64,000 nt of DNA from an uncultured virus (IMG/VR IMGVR_UViG_3300023109_001853) (taxonomy: Duplodnaviria; Heunggongvirae; Uroviricota; Caudoviricetes). Below are positions 18,328-28,138 of the stretch, piece by piece. The translations under genes were made by a program, and so were the position numbers. The notes beneath the pieces are model-generated. The model was given only the letters and a program-made list of their open reading frames with translations, was not told where the DNA came from and searched no databases. The DNA is taken from IMG/VR virus record IMGVR_UViG_3300023109_001853; one strand, 5' to 3'. Position 1 is the stretch's first letter, and each line of letters begins with the position of its first letter.

Positions 18328-19259
18328 AAATGAAAATCATCGCAGGTAACGCTAACCCAGTGTTAGCACAGGAGATTGCAGACAACACCTTTGCAACTCT
18401 AGTACCATCTAAAGTAGCAACATTTGCAGACGGAGAAATAAGTGTAGAGTTTTTAGATAACATTCGCGGAGAAGATGTATTCATTATTCAATCAACTGCT
18501 ACTCCAGTTAACGATAGTTTAATGGAATTGTTGATTATGATTGATGCTGCCAAACGTTCAAGTGCTAGTAGAATCACAGCAGTCATTCCTTACTTTGGGT
18601 ATGCTAGGCAGGACCGTAAGAGCGCCAGTAGGACACCTATTACAGCAAAACTAATTGCAGACTTGCTTACTACAGCAGGCGCAGATAGAGTGCTTACAAT
18701 GGACTTACACGCAGGACAGATACAAGGGTTCTTTAATATTCCAGTTGATGACTTAACAAGCCGTTTGGTGTTTGCCAAAGACATTAAACGCAATATAGGT
18801 GCAGAAGACACAGTATTTGTAAGCCCAGACGCAGGCGGCGTTGTTCGTGCTAGGAAGTTTGCAGACATGTTCCATGCAGACATTGCTATAGTAGATAAGA
18901 TGCGTCCAGAAGCGGGCAAGTCAGAAGTCATGAACTTGATCGGCGATGTTAAAGGCAAACACGCCATTCTAGTTGATGATATTATTGACAGCGGCGGTAC
19001 ACTATGCAACGCAGCCAAAGCTATTATGGATGCAGGTGCTCTAAGTGTTCGTGCATATATCACACATGGTGTACTGAGTGGCGAAGCATGTCAGAAAGTT
19101 GAGAAGAGTGTACTCACAGAACTGGTAATCACTGACAGCATTGCAGACCGTTGTCCTAAGAACTGCAAAAAGACACGACAGGTTAGTGTCGCGACTTTGT
19201 TTGGTGAAGCAATTCGTCGAGTAACTAATGAAGAGTCAGTTAGTAGTTTATTCTTTTAG
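18324..19259 (+). CDS. prs: ribose-phosphate pyrophosphokinase
   Basis: [44 protein letters not shown]. Confidence 0.97.
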   Translation: MKMKIIAGNANPVLAQEIADNTFATLVPSKVATFADGEISVEFLDNIRGEDVFIIQSTATPVNDSLMELLIMIDAAKRSSASRITAVIPYFGYARQDRKSASRTPITAKLIADLLTTAGADRVLTMDLHAGQIQGFFNIPVDDLTSRLVFAKDIKRNIGAEDTVFVSPDAGGVVRARKFADMFHADIAIVDKMRPEAGKSEVMNLIGDVKGKHAILVDDIIDSGGTLCNAAKAIMDAGALSVRAYITHGVLSGEACQKVEKSVLTELVITDSIADRCPKNCKKTRQVSVATLFGEAIRRVTNEESVSSLFF

Positions 19260-20017
19260 TTTAGTTTACTGATGTGCTTAATGTATTCAACCATTGAATG
19301 ATCTGAGAAGTTATCAATCTTACCTTGCTTGATACCCATCCACATGCCACGCATTTTATCTTTAAACATCTGCCAGCCAGTAGGCTTACGAAGGTTACCA
19401 TATGCATTTAAGTAATGCTGATTACCGCAGTGTCTAAAGCCCATAAGTGCTAGAGGAACAGTTGTAACTATATCGTTGTTGTTCTTCCATCTGTGATGTA
19501 CAGTGCCAAAGCTCTTGACATATGTTGGCCAACCTACTCTCGGTGAACCATATGTGTATAGTTCCTCTGGATTGTTTAGTGCTGTATCGCACTCGCAACG
19601 ATTGGCCATTATAGTTGCCATTGCTGCACCTAAACTATGTCCGCATATCCATAGCTTCTTGCCTACATTAGCTGTACGTGCAATATCTTCGCACACCATA
19701 GGCCAAAGTTCGTCTACTTCGTCTTTGAATCCTTTGTGTACTCTACTAATTGTTTCAGCAATAACAGGCAAAGCATTTAGATCTGCTTTGATATCATTAA
19801 ACTCTGTTGGTTGTGTTCCACGACACGCAATTACCAAGTCTTCTTTGTTCATAAAGCGGTATGCTTGTGCGCCGTCTCTGTTATAGAACTCAACAGTTGT
19901 GAATCCTAATTTTTTTACTTGACTTTTAACCTCTTTGACATTATCATTATACGCAATACTAGACAGTTTAGCAAATAATAATGAACGCTCAGGAAAAGAC
20001 ATTTTTGTTATAGACAT
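19256..20017 (-). CDS. class 3 lipase (alpha/beta hydrolase)
   Basis: [30 protein letters not shown]. Confidence 0.92.
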   Translation of the reverse strand: MSITKMSFPERSLLFAKLSSIAYNDNVKEVKSQVKKLGFTTVEFYNRDGAQAYRFMNKEDLVIACRGTQPTEFNDIKADLNALPVIAETISRVHKGFKDEVDELWPMVCEDIARTANVGKKLWICGHSLGAAMATIMANRCECDTALNNPEELYTYGSPRVGWPTYVKSFGTVHHRWKNNNDIVTTVPLALMGFRHCGNQHYLNAYGNLRKPTGWQMFKDKMRGMWMGIKQGKIDNFSDHSMVEYIKHISKLN

Positions 20018-20096
20018 GTTTGCCCCCTAGTGTGTTGCCTCATTGTACACGTATTTATAGTTTACATAAACTAAATACATTAACGGAGTTGGTTAA

Positions 20097-20357
20097 ATGA
20101 AAAAACGTACTAGAAGTATACTAGAAGAGCTTAACAATTTAGATAGATCCAGAAATAATGACCTTTTAATCGAGTCAACTGGTAGTACTATTATAGAAAG
20201 TGCAATTAATTTACTTAATAAGATATCTAATACCTATGATGCTGAAACTGCTGGAGAACTTGAAAGACGCTTTATTAACTCAATTAGAACTGGCGATCCT
20301 AGAAAATTTAAAAGAAGTATAAACAAAGTGATTGGGAATAAAAATAATGACGAATAA
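20097..20357 (+). CDS. hypothetical late protein
   Basis: TAAATA at 20072 and GGAG RBS. Confidence 0.75.
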   Translation: MKKRTRSILEELNNLDRSRNNDLLIESTGSTIIESAINLLNKISNTYDAETAGELERRFINSIRTGDPRKFKRSINKVIGNKNNDE

Positions 20358-21270
20358 ACTATTTGAAGGCGGAAGCATGCCAGGAGTAGGACCTATTCAT
20401 ATTGATGAGATTAATCCTACGCTTGATGCACTAGAAAAAGCATTAGGCATTGACCTAAAGAATAATGTACTTGGGTCAGTTGGCAAAAAAGAGTTTAGTG
20501 GCGACATTGATGTTGCTATACAAGTAGCGCCTGATGCAATACCAGAACTAGTTAAGAAGATTGAAGCAACACCTTTGGTACTTGACATTGCTAAGTCAAG
20601 TGTTATTATGACAAAGGTAAAGATTGTTAATTACGATCAAAACAAACAAGCAACTAAACCTCGTACAGGATTTGTACAAGTAGACTTTATGCCAGGCGAT
20701 CCGGGCTGGATGAAAACTTATTATCATTCACCTAGTGATACAGAATCACAATACAAAGGTGTGTTTCGTAACTTGATGCTTGCAACTATGTGTGCTGTAT
20801 ATCAGCGTCAAGATAGTGAAGAACAAATTGAAGACGGCCGCCCAGTTGAAAGCGAACGCTGGATGTGGAGCCCTACAGATGGCCTAGTACGTGTCAAACG
20901 TACACCTGTAGCAAAGAAGAACGGCGAAGGTTATACAAAGAAAAACAATAACGAAATAATTGGCACACCAATCAAAGATGCTAACGGCATTGCAAAAGGA
21001 CTAGGACTAGACAGTGCCGCAGACTTAAACAGTTATGAAAGTTTAAAAGCTGCAATGGAAAAGAATTACACACCTGAAGATGTAAACAGAATACTAGATA
21101 GTTTTGTTAAAAACAGACAAGTACAGGATATTGGAATACCAAAAGACATTGCTGACAGAGCTCCTGCTCAAACAGAGAGTTTAGCAGACAAGCAATTGGA
21201 TAGAATTAGACAATTGTCTGGATCATTGTTAAATAGTTCTGTAATGATTTCCGGAGCGTTTAATAAATGA
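20347..21270 (+). CDS. Pol beta-like nucleotidyltransferase fold protein (putative virion internal)
   Basis: LGSVGKKEFSGDIDV and VQVDFM acidic triad. Confidence 0.65.
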   Translation: MTNKLFEGGSMPGVGPIHIDEINPTLDALEKALGIDLKNNVLGSVGKKEFSGDIDVAIQVAPDAIPELVKKIEATPLVLDIAKSSVIMTKVKIVNYDQNKQATKPRTGFVQVDFMPGDPGWMKTYYHSPSDTESQYKGVFRNLMLATMCAVYQRQDSEEQIEDGRPVESERWMWSPTDGLVRVKRTPVAKKNGEGYTKKNNNEIIGTPIKDANGIAKGLGLDSAADLNSYESLKAAMEKNYTPEDVNRILDSFVKNRQVQDIGIPKDIADRAPAQTESLADKQLDRIRQLSGSLLNSSVMISGAFNK

Positions 21271-22526
21271 AATTTAATGAATTTAAAATAGTAGAAACTA
21301 GGCGTAAGCAAAAGAATGCCGATAAAGTACGTGGTAAAGAACCTATGCCTAAGGCACAGCCTGGCCGTACTGAACACCCATTCCGTGGTAGATTAGTAGG
21401 CGAAAGTCAATTAAACGAAGCTGAAGCACGTATCCAACATGCAGAAGATATTATCTTTTGGGAAGGATCAAAGGGTGCTGTCCGTGCTATTGAAAGTTTA
21501 AAGAGTTTAGAGCAAGGCAAACATACAGATGTAACAATTAAATGGGACGGAAGTCCTGCTGTTATATTTGGACGTGACGAGCAGGGTAACTTTGTACTAA
21601 CAGACAAGTCAGGGTTTGGCGCTAAAGGTTATAACGGTAAATCAACAAGTGCTAACGACTTAGAACAGATGTTAATGAATCGTCCTGGATATAAAAAGAA
21701 TCCAGAAGGATATGGACCGTTCATTAATAATATGAAAAACATCTTTGACGAGTATGAAAGAGCAACACCAAAAGACTACAGAGGATTCTTTAAAGGAGAT
21801 TTGCTTTATTTTAATACGCCTGAGATAGAAGACGGTCGATATCATTTTACTCCAAACATAGTAACATATGATGTAAAGGTTGACAGCGAAATAGGTAAGA
21901 AAATCGCAGCAAGTAAAACAGGTATTGTTATACATAGAGAAGTAGATGCTAATGGTACCGAAGGTACGCTACAAAATGGAGATATATTTTTAGGTAATGA
22001 AGTATTAGTTCTTCCGCCAGTAGTGGCACAGCAAGCCCCGCAAGTCAACGACAATGATATTAAAACGCTGCAAGCTATGGTAGCAAAGCATGCTGCACAA
22101 ATAGACGACATACTTACAAGACGTCCAGGATTGTCTGACTTACCAACTATTTTTTATACATATTTGAATAGTAAAGTTGACACAGGTATAAAAGACTTAG
22201 CACAAGGTTTTAGCATCTGGCTTGCACAATCAAAAGTAAGTAAACCAAAGCAACAAAAAATTATTGAAATTATAAACAATAATGTTGATGGTTTTAATGC
22301 GTTATGGAATGTTGTACACGGCATTATGAAAGTAAAAGATAACATTATTAATCAATTTGAATCACAAGAAGCTGATATTACAGCAAGTATAGGATCTAAA
22401 GGACCGGCTGCACAAGGCACACACGGTACTGGCGGTGAAGGATATGTACTAGCACATCCAGAAGGTGATATAAAATTAGTACCGAGAGAATTTTTTACAA
22501 AAGCAAACAGATCAGTGGAGAGATAA
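21267..22526 (+). CDS. ATP-dependent ligase-like protein (putative virion internal)
   Basis: TIKWDGSPA (KxDG), FKGDLL, GEGYV, IKLV motifs. Confidence 0.6.
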   Translation: MKFNEFKIVETRRKQKNADKVRGKEPMPKAQPGRTEHPFRGRLVGESQLNEAEARIQHAEDIIFWEGSKGAVRAIESLKSLEQGKHTDVTIKWDGSPAVIFGRDEQGNFVLTDKSGFGAKGYNGKSTSANDLEQMLMNRPGYKKNPEGYGPFINNMKNIFDEYERATPKDYRGFFKGDLLYFNTPEIEDGRYHFTPNIVTYDVKVDSEIGKKIAASKTGIVIHREVDANGTEGTLQNGDIFLGNEVLVLPPVVAQQAPQVNDNDIKTLQAMVAKHAAQIDDILTRRPGLSDLPTIFYTYLNSKVDTGIKDLAQGFSIWLAQSKVSKPKQQKIIEIINNNVDGFNALWNVVHGIMKVKDNIINQFESQEADITASIGSKGPAAQGTHGTGGEGYVLAHPEGDIKLVPREFFTKANRSVER

Positions 22527-22527
22527 A

Positions 22528-22959
22528 ATGGAAAAGTATTTAAAAGAGTTTGAAGATCATCTAAATAATATTACAAAAGATGTTTTAGATGAAGGAATGG
22601 AATCAACGCCGATTCAAAAAAAATTAGCTGCGTATGGTAGAATCTTAATGGATCAAGCAGTTACTACAAAAGATGACGAGTTATCAAATGTTATGGCTAA
22701 AGTAGGTGACGCACTTACACGCTTTGGTACAACATTTGGTCCTGGTAGTCTTGAAGAGCTAGTGAAGACAACAGGAACAACTCCTAATGTTATTAAAAAG
22801 TTATTAGCATATGCAGAAAAGATTTTCCAAACACATGGAGATTTAAAAACTGACAACCGTGATGGTGGACTAGACGACGAAGGCGACGATGATTTTACCC
22901 AAGCATCTGATGATGAAATGGCAGCAATAGCAGACAAAGCAGCAAGAGCAAGAAGATAA
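22528..22959 (+). CDS. hypothetical late protein
   Basis: GGAG RBS, in operon. Confidence 0.75.
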   Translation: MEKYLKEFEDHLNNITKDVLDEGMESTPIQKKLAAYGRILMDQAVTTKDDELSNVMAKVGDALTRFGTTFGPGSLEELVKTTGTTPNVIKKLLAYAEKIFQTHGDLKTDNRDGGLDDEGDDDFTQASDDEMAAIADKAARARR

Positions 22960-22962
22960 TTA

Positions 22963-23316
22963 ATGGACTTTATTAAAGCTATTGTTAACGATCAAGATAT
23001 TTTAACAGATCGAGAATTTGATGAACTTATTGAAAGTTTAGATCTAGAAAAAATTGACGAAGATGCTCTTGATCGCGTAACTAAATTAGTTTCGCAGAGA
23101 GAAATAGCACTTTATAGTTATCTTGTCGGTAAGCAAAATGCATTAAAAGCAAAGATATTTGTAGACAAAGTACAAGACGGAAGAACAGTGCCTGTTAACA
23201 TAGCAAATGGATACAAGCCGGCAGTTGATATGATACATGATATTGTAAAAGCTGGCCCTGCTTATGTCAATTTACTGAAAAATTTGCATCAGAGAGCCAA
23301 AAAAGCCTCTAAATAG
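22963..23316 (+). CDS. hypothetical late protein
   Basis: 117 aa ORF in operon. Confidence 0.7.
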   Translation: MDFIKAIVNDQDILTDREFDELIESLDLEKIDEDALDRVTKLVSQREIALYSYLVGKQNALKAKIFVDKVQDGRTVPVNIANGYKPAVDMIHDIVKAGPAYVNLLKNLHQRAKKASK

Positions 23317-23401
23317 CAGTTTTTTTGTCTAAGAGGTAAATACAAATGTAGAACTTTGCAGAGTGCAAAGTGTCCATTTAGAGATCATAGGAGAATATAA
23401 A

Positions 23402-23653
23402 ATGGCAGTAGTATCAAACCCAAACGCAGCAGTAGTTGCAAAGAGTGGCCTAGGCCCAACAACATACATCTATGCAGTAGCAACTGGAACAATTACAGTA
23501 GCAGCAGCATGTGAATCAATCACAACAACATACGGCGGAACAATCGCAGCAGTTGAAGGTGTAGCAAACGGCAACCACGTTGCAGTACAAGGTGGACCAG
23601 GCGGCGCAGAAGCAGTATCTGGTATTTCACTAGTAGCAACATTTGCAGCTTAA
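23402..23653 (+). CDS. small, probably highly expressed structural protein
   Basis: TAAATA promoter, AGGAG RBS, strong GCA/GTA/ACA codon bias, A/G/T/V rich. Confidence 0.8.
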   Translation: MAVVSNPNAAVVAKSGLGPTTYIYAVATGTITVAAACESITTTYGGTIAAVEGVANGNHVAVQGGPGGAEAVSGISLVATFAA

Positions 23654-23711
23654 ATAATTCCTTACTACCTTAGGAACCGTGATTATGGCCGTAATGGCAG
23701 GCGTCACACTA

Positions 23712-23741
23712 AAGAGTCACTTTTTAAGTGGCTCTTTTTTT
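23712..23741 (+). terminator. intrinsic terminator
   Basis: AAGAGTCACTT..AAGTGGCTCTT then T run. Confidence 0.85.
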
Positions 23742-23757
23742 ATGACTTAAATACTGT

Positions 23758-24150
23758 ATGATATTTAAAGCACATACACTAGTAGATATAACACAAACAG
23801 AAGCCCGTCGACATGAAGCTCCGAGGCTAGTAAATCAACAGGCAAACTTTAATACCTTTTATAATACAATAGGTCTTAGAACTAACGCTGTAGATTTTAA
23901 AATTACAGTTGAGAACGTTTTGATTGCTGATTTAGGGTTTGGCAGTAATTATAAAGGCAAACAAAACGTATGGACCACAGAATTTTATGTAGAAGCAGAA
24001 GGGTCAACTTCTGTAGAATTACTAGACGCTGACTTTGATTTAGTACCTATTATAACTAACTTAGACGAAACAGCAAAGCTTGACAAAGGGTTGTTTATCA
24101 CTCTTTCGAATCATGGCCGTAGGAATATATTTTTTGAAAGAGTTAGATAA
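23758..24150 (+). CDS. hypothetical late protein
   Basis: ATG 4 nt after TAAATA. Confidence 0.75.
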   Translation: MIFKAHTLVDITQTEARRHEAPRLVNQQANFNTFYNTIGLRTNAVDFKITVENVLIADLGFGSNYKGKQNVWTTEFYVEAEGSTSVELLDADFDLVPIITNLDETAKLDKGLFITLSNHGRRNIFFERVR

Positions 24151-24229
24151 ATACACTGAAGGCAATTAATAATAGGCATATAAACCACACCAAAAGGCTA
24201 ACGAACGAGTTTACTTACGGAGAAATTAT

Positions 24230-24469
24230 ATGGCTACTACGCCAACATCAAACTTAGAAAAAGAAAATCTAGAAGCACACGTAGATTTGTGCGCTCTTCG
24301 TTACGAACAACTAGATCAGCGTCTTACTAATGTTGAAGAAAAAATTGACAATATCCACAGCGATATTGTAGAAGGTCAAAAATCGATGACCAAAGTACTA
24401 ATTGGTACCGCAGGAACAGTAATCGCAGGATTACTTTCTACAGTAATCGTAATTGTATTACAAATGTAA
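24230..24469 (+). CDS. coiled-coil protein with C-terminal TM helix (holin/XhlA-like)
   Basis: Heptad repeat followed by one hydrophobic helix. Confidence 0.55.
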   Translation: MATTPTSNLEKENLEAHVDLCALRYEQLDQRLTNVEEKIDNIHSDIVEGQKSMTKVLIGTAGTVIAGLLSTVIVIVLQM

Positions 24470-24490
24470 CTTTTCTCGATAAATAACTAT

Positions 24491-24775
24491 ATGTTATTAC
24501 GAGAATTTTTTAAAACCGATAAAATAGAAGAAAAACAAGTTTGGGCACGTTCTGGAAAGAAGGTTGTGCGCAAGTATCGTTGTACCTCTGGTAAACGAAA
24601 AGGCAGAGTAGTTGCTAAGATGCAACAATGCTTTGCTGCTCCTAATCTAAAGAAAAGCAAAACACTAAAAGTAACTAAAGCTAGATTAGGTCCGCGCCTT
24701 GCAAGAAAAGCTAAGAGAACTAAGCGTATTAATCCAGCTAGTAAAAGAATCCAGCAACTGAACAAAAGAGGATAA
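24491..24775 (+). CDS. very basic late protein (putative DNA-binding core protein)
   Basis: MLLREFF..IEE N-terminus then K/R-rich sequence. Confidence 0.7.
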   Translation: MLLREFFKTDKIEEKQVWARSGKKVVRKYRCTSGKRKGRVVAKMQQCFAAPNLKKSKTLKVTKARLGPRLARKAKRTKRINPASKRIQQLNKRG

Positions 24776-24777
24776 TT

Positions 24778-25017
24778 ATGAAAGTTAATGAAGTAACCAC
24801 TGCAAAAGTAAAACGCAACTCAGGTAACGAAATTGAGATTGATAATGGCGACGGTACAGCTACTACAATTGATACTCGAAAAAATCCTAATGCAGTTTCG
24901 CGAGACGAACAAGGCAAACTAAAAATTAATAAAAACAACAACAACAGTTCTATGAACAGGAATAAGTCGACCGCGCCTAGAGCCGGTGAAACAGTTGCTA
25001 TAGCAGATGAAGATTAA
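24778..25017 (+). CDS. hypothetical late protein
   Basis: GAGGA RBS. Confidence 0.7.
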   Translation: MKVNEVTTAKVKRNSGNEIEIDNGDGTATTIDTRKNPNAVSRDEQGKLKINKNNNNSSMNRNKSTAPRAGETVAIADED

Positions 25018-25210
25018 CGAGCTAATAAAATCGTTTGAAATTTATATTACAAACGAAGAACGTGTTATCTATGAAACAATAGACAAGCATACAGCTTTCA
25101 GCAGTTTCAATGAAAGAGAACAATTCATAATTACTAATTTGATACGTAAGAGTTTGGTAAGTAAAGTTATTAGTAATGGACAAGTACTGGTTGTAAAAAA
25201 TGATCAATAA
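25007..25210 (+). CDS. hypothetical late protein
   Basis: Overlapping neighbours, MKINEL N-terminus. Confidence 0.65.
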   Translation: MKINELIKSFEIYITNEERVIYETIDKHTAFSSFNEREQFIITNLIRKSLVSKVISNGQVLVVKNDQ

Positions 25211-25628
25211 AGAAAAAATTCTTAGAGAGTTAGAAGAAATTCTAAATGCTAACATCGATCCTGTATTGTTTCCGTATAAAAAAGGAAACAGTATTCGCAT
25301 TGGAAAATTTGTAGTAAGATCAAGCAAAGGCTTACATAAATTATTTGACTGCGAAGAAAATGCTATGGTTGCTGAAACGTTTTCAAAGACAGCGGCACTT
25401 GCATTAGCAAAGACTTTATCTAGAGGTGCGTTTAAAACAGACTCAATTTTAGATCTTGACAAAAATATACAGAAGTGGTATAATGATTGTGTATTTTATA
25501 ATCATACGCTTAAAAAAACAACCGATTGCATGAAACAAGACGTTATATCTGTTAGATACGACATAGCAAGACAAAATGTTGACAATGCAAAACGCGAGTT
25601 AGATAAATACATTTATAGAAATAGCTAA
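25200..25628 (+). CDS. hypothetical protein
   Basis: 142 aa ORF in operon. Confidence 0.7.
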   Translation: MINKEKILRELEEILNANIDPVLFPYKKGNSIRIGKFVVRSSKGLHKLFDCEENAMVAETFSKTAALALAKTLSRGAFKTDSILDLDKNIQKWYNDCVFYNHTLKKTTDCMKQDVISVRYDIARQNVDNAKRELDKYIYRNS

Positions 25629-25667
25629 ATAATAGCATAAAACACAAATACATCAGGAAGAGTTGTA

Positions 25668-26621
25668 ATGAACATTAATGAAATTTCAAAACCAGTAACA
25701 GCAGCAAGCTTAAACGAGAGTCTTGCTAAAAAATTCGGGCAGCGTATTGCACTAGAAAGATTCACACTTGAGCAATTACAAGATAGTCGTAATAAAATGA
25801 GAACCAAGTTAAGTCAAGTTGAAACAAATGAAAGTTTCAATAACGTACAGGGCGAAGCATATCAAAAATCAAAACTCTTCCTTGATGTTTTAAATGCTGA
25901 GATTACTGAGCGCGAACTTATTGGTGAATCAACAGATGATTGTGATGATACTTGTCCTAAGAGTTGCCCAGACTGTGGCGGCACAGGAAAAGCAAAGACT
26001 GATGAAGCTGCTAAGCCAGACTTCCTTGACGTTGACAAAGATGGCGACAAAGAAGAGCCAATGAAAAAAGCTATCAAAGATAAAAAGAAAAAGCCAGTTG
26101 GTGAAACTGTTATTCGTGAAGGCGAAGAAGATAAAGCAGAACTTGTTATGGCTTCTAAAGACATGGTTGATAAAGTTACAGGTTGGATGGAAGACACAGC
26201 AGAAATGCAAACTGAATCCATGCTAGAACTAGCTGATGCTATCCGCGATGAACATGGTTCACAAGTGTCAGAGCAATTTACTGCAACAGTTAAGCCAGCA
26301 CTGGAAGCAATGTATGCAGCAATGGAAACAACACGAGGCGCACTAACACAAGGTGTACAAATGTTAACAGGCGAAGGTGACGCTCCAATGATGGGAGCAG
26401 ACGAACCAATGCCAGACATGGACATGGAACCGTCAATGGACATGGACATGGAAGCAGGCGCAACTGATTTAGATTCAGTAGACGAATTTGGCGCCGCTGA
26501 TGCAGCAGCTGGAGGCAGCGATGAAGCAGGCCGTGCAAAGCGTGAATCAAAAAAATATAACAAACAAGTTATTGCTGAAAAAAGCCGCAAAGTAGCGTCT
26601 ATACTTTCAAAAAAAAAGTAA
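25668..26621 (+). CDS. acidic head core/scaffold-like protein
   Basis: TAAATA promoter; repeated LNE/IGE/VGE/IRE motifs, DVDKDGD, acidic Met-rich linker. Confidence 0.6.
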   Translation: MNINEISKPVTAASLNESLAKKFGQRIALERFTLEQLQDSRNKMRTKLSQVETNESFNNVQGEAYQKSKLFLDVLNAEITERELIGESTDDCDDTCPKSCPDCGGTGKAKTDEAAKPDFLDVDKDGDKEEPMKKAIKDKKKKPVGETVIREGEEDKAELVMASKDMVDKVTGWMEDTAEMQTESMLELADAIRDEHGSQVSEQFTATVKPALEAMYAAMETTRGALTQGVQMLTGEGDAPMMGADEPMPDMDMEPSMDMDMEAGATDLDSVDEFGAADAAAGGSDEAGRAKRESKKYNKQVIAEKSRKVASILSKKK

Positions 26622-26998
26622 TAGAAAGCGTTGATAGCGTAAAACTTGTCCAAGTTTTAAGAACAGTAATAGGCAGCGCCGACTCAAAAGGGGACGCTGT
26701 CTTTTTACATTTTGACACTCCTACTACACCAAAACCTGGTGTAAAAAATATAGATTTAAATAAAATTATGCAAAACGTAGGAGCAGAACAATTTACATAT
26801 GATACGTTTAAGGCGGCATATGATACTGATCCATCCGTTAAACCATTAATTAAAAACTTTGATAAAGACGGCATTGAGCCAAACACTAAGAAACAAGCAC
26901 CTAATAACGACAATGATAGCACAGAAGTTGGCGACAAAGGTACCGACGATGTTAGTACAATGGCAAAACGTGCAACTGATGTAGGCGCAAAACTATAA
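26618..26998 (+). CDS. -1 frame extension of the 25668 gene (or separate ORF from ATG 26768)
   Basis: Frame open from A_AAA_AAG (26612-26618) to 26998 with no start codon before 26768. Confidence 0.6.
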   Translation, partial: VIESVDSVKLVQVLRTVIGSADSKGDAVFLHFDTPTTPKPGVKNIDLNKIMQNVGAEQFTYDTFKAAYDTDPSVKPLIKNFDKDGIEPNTKKQAPNNDNDSTEVGDKGTDDVSTMAKRATDVGAKL

Positions 26999-27058
26999 TA
27001 TAACAGTTGACAAGGCTCCTATTTAATGTTATTATATACATTAATAGGAGCTTTTTTT

Positions 27059-27406
27059 ATGACTGAACGATCGCAAGAAGATGTAGTTAAAAACATTACA
27101 GAAGTAATGGAACAGTATGTAACCCCAGCAGTAGCACAACACGGCGGCGAAGTAAACTTTGTCAGCTTTGAAAACAGCGTTGTAACTGTGCAGTTAAGCG
27201 GTGCATGCTCAGGGTGTGCTGGCAGTACTATGACACTCAAACATGGCATTGAGCAAATGATGACAAGTTTAATTCCCGAAGTAAATGCAGTAGAAGGCAT
27301 TGATGATCCGTTTTCAAATGTAAGTCCTTATTACATGAACAATGATCCATTCGGGCAAGCTGGATGGGAAGCTGAGTATAATCTGCCAGAGGAGTCTAAA
27401 GATTGA
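27059..27406 (+). CDS. NifU/NfuA C-terminal domain Fe-S carrier
   Basis: VTPAVAQHGGEV..QLSGACSGC..STMTLKHGIE; TTGACA promoter at 27007. Confidence 0.93.
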   Translation: MTERSQEDVVKNITEVMEQYVTPAVAQHGGEVNFVSFENSVVTVQLSGACSGCAGSTMTLKHGIEQMMTSLIPEVNAVEGIDDPFSNVSPYYMNNDPFGQAGWEAEYNLPEESKD

Positions 27407-28107
27407 CGCTAATTCAAAAGAAGTACGACTACACACCAATTTCACGAAAGCAGATTGACGGCAAACGCAAGTACATGACACCCGATGGAGGTGCTGTGGC
27501 AAGTGTTACAACTATCCTTGATGCTACAAGTGATAAGTCAGGATTGATTGCTTGGCGCAAACGTGTAGGCGAAACCAAAGCACGAGAAATTACTACAGAA
27601 GCCGCAGGTGTTGGCACACGTATGCACAAGTATTTGGAAGACTATGTTGAGACAGGTGTAATGCCTACTCCGGGTAGCAATCCATTTGCTAAAAAAGCAC
27701 ACGCAATGGCACAGCAAGTCTTAGAACACGCAATGGGCGATGTAGATGAGATATGGGGTAGTGAAGTTGCTCTTTATGTTCCGCAGATGTATGCAGGCAC
27801 AACTGACCTAGTAGGACAGTACAAAGGACAGCCCTGCATAATGGATTTTAAGCAAACTAACAAGCCTAAGAAGCTAGAGTATGTACAGAACTACTTCTTA
27901 CAGCTAGTAGCATACGCAGAAGCACACAACGAAATCTACGGCACTAACATTCGTGAAGGACATATCTTTATGTGTAGCCGCGGAGATGACGGAATGGAAC
28001 TTGGTGGCGAAACATATCAGCAGTTTGATGTATGGCCGCACGAGTATGATGACTGGCGCAACGAATGGTATAATAGAGTGTATATGTATTACGAAAAGTT
28101 CGCATAA
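27403..28107 (+). CDS. PD-(D/E)XK exonuclease
   Basis: SVTTIL, GTRMHKYLE, YAGTTD, IMDFKQ, QLVAYA. Confidence 0.9.
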   Translation: MTLIQKKYDYTPISRKQIDGKRKYMTPDGGAVASVTTILDATSDKSGLIAWRKRVGETKAREITTEAAGVGTRMHKYLEDYVETGVMPTPGSNPFAKKAHAMAQQVLEHAMGDVDEIWGSEVALYVPQMYAGTTDLVGQYKGQPCIMDFKQTNKPKKLEYVQNYFLQLVAYAEAHNEIYGTNIREGHIFMCSRGDDGMELGGETYQQFDVWPHEYDDWRNEWYNRVYMYYEKFA

Positions 28108-28138
28108 ATACATGTAATAAAACTTAGGAGATTCCGCA

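Noticed and set aside
25862..26653. Long antisense ORFs (also 18590-19063, 36776-37273, 43938-44486)
   Set aside because: Shadows of well-supported sense genes caused by codon bias.
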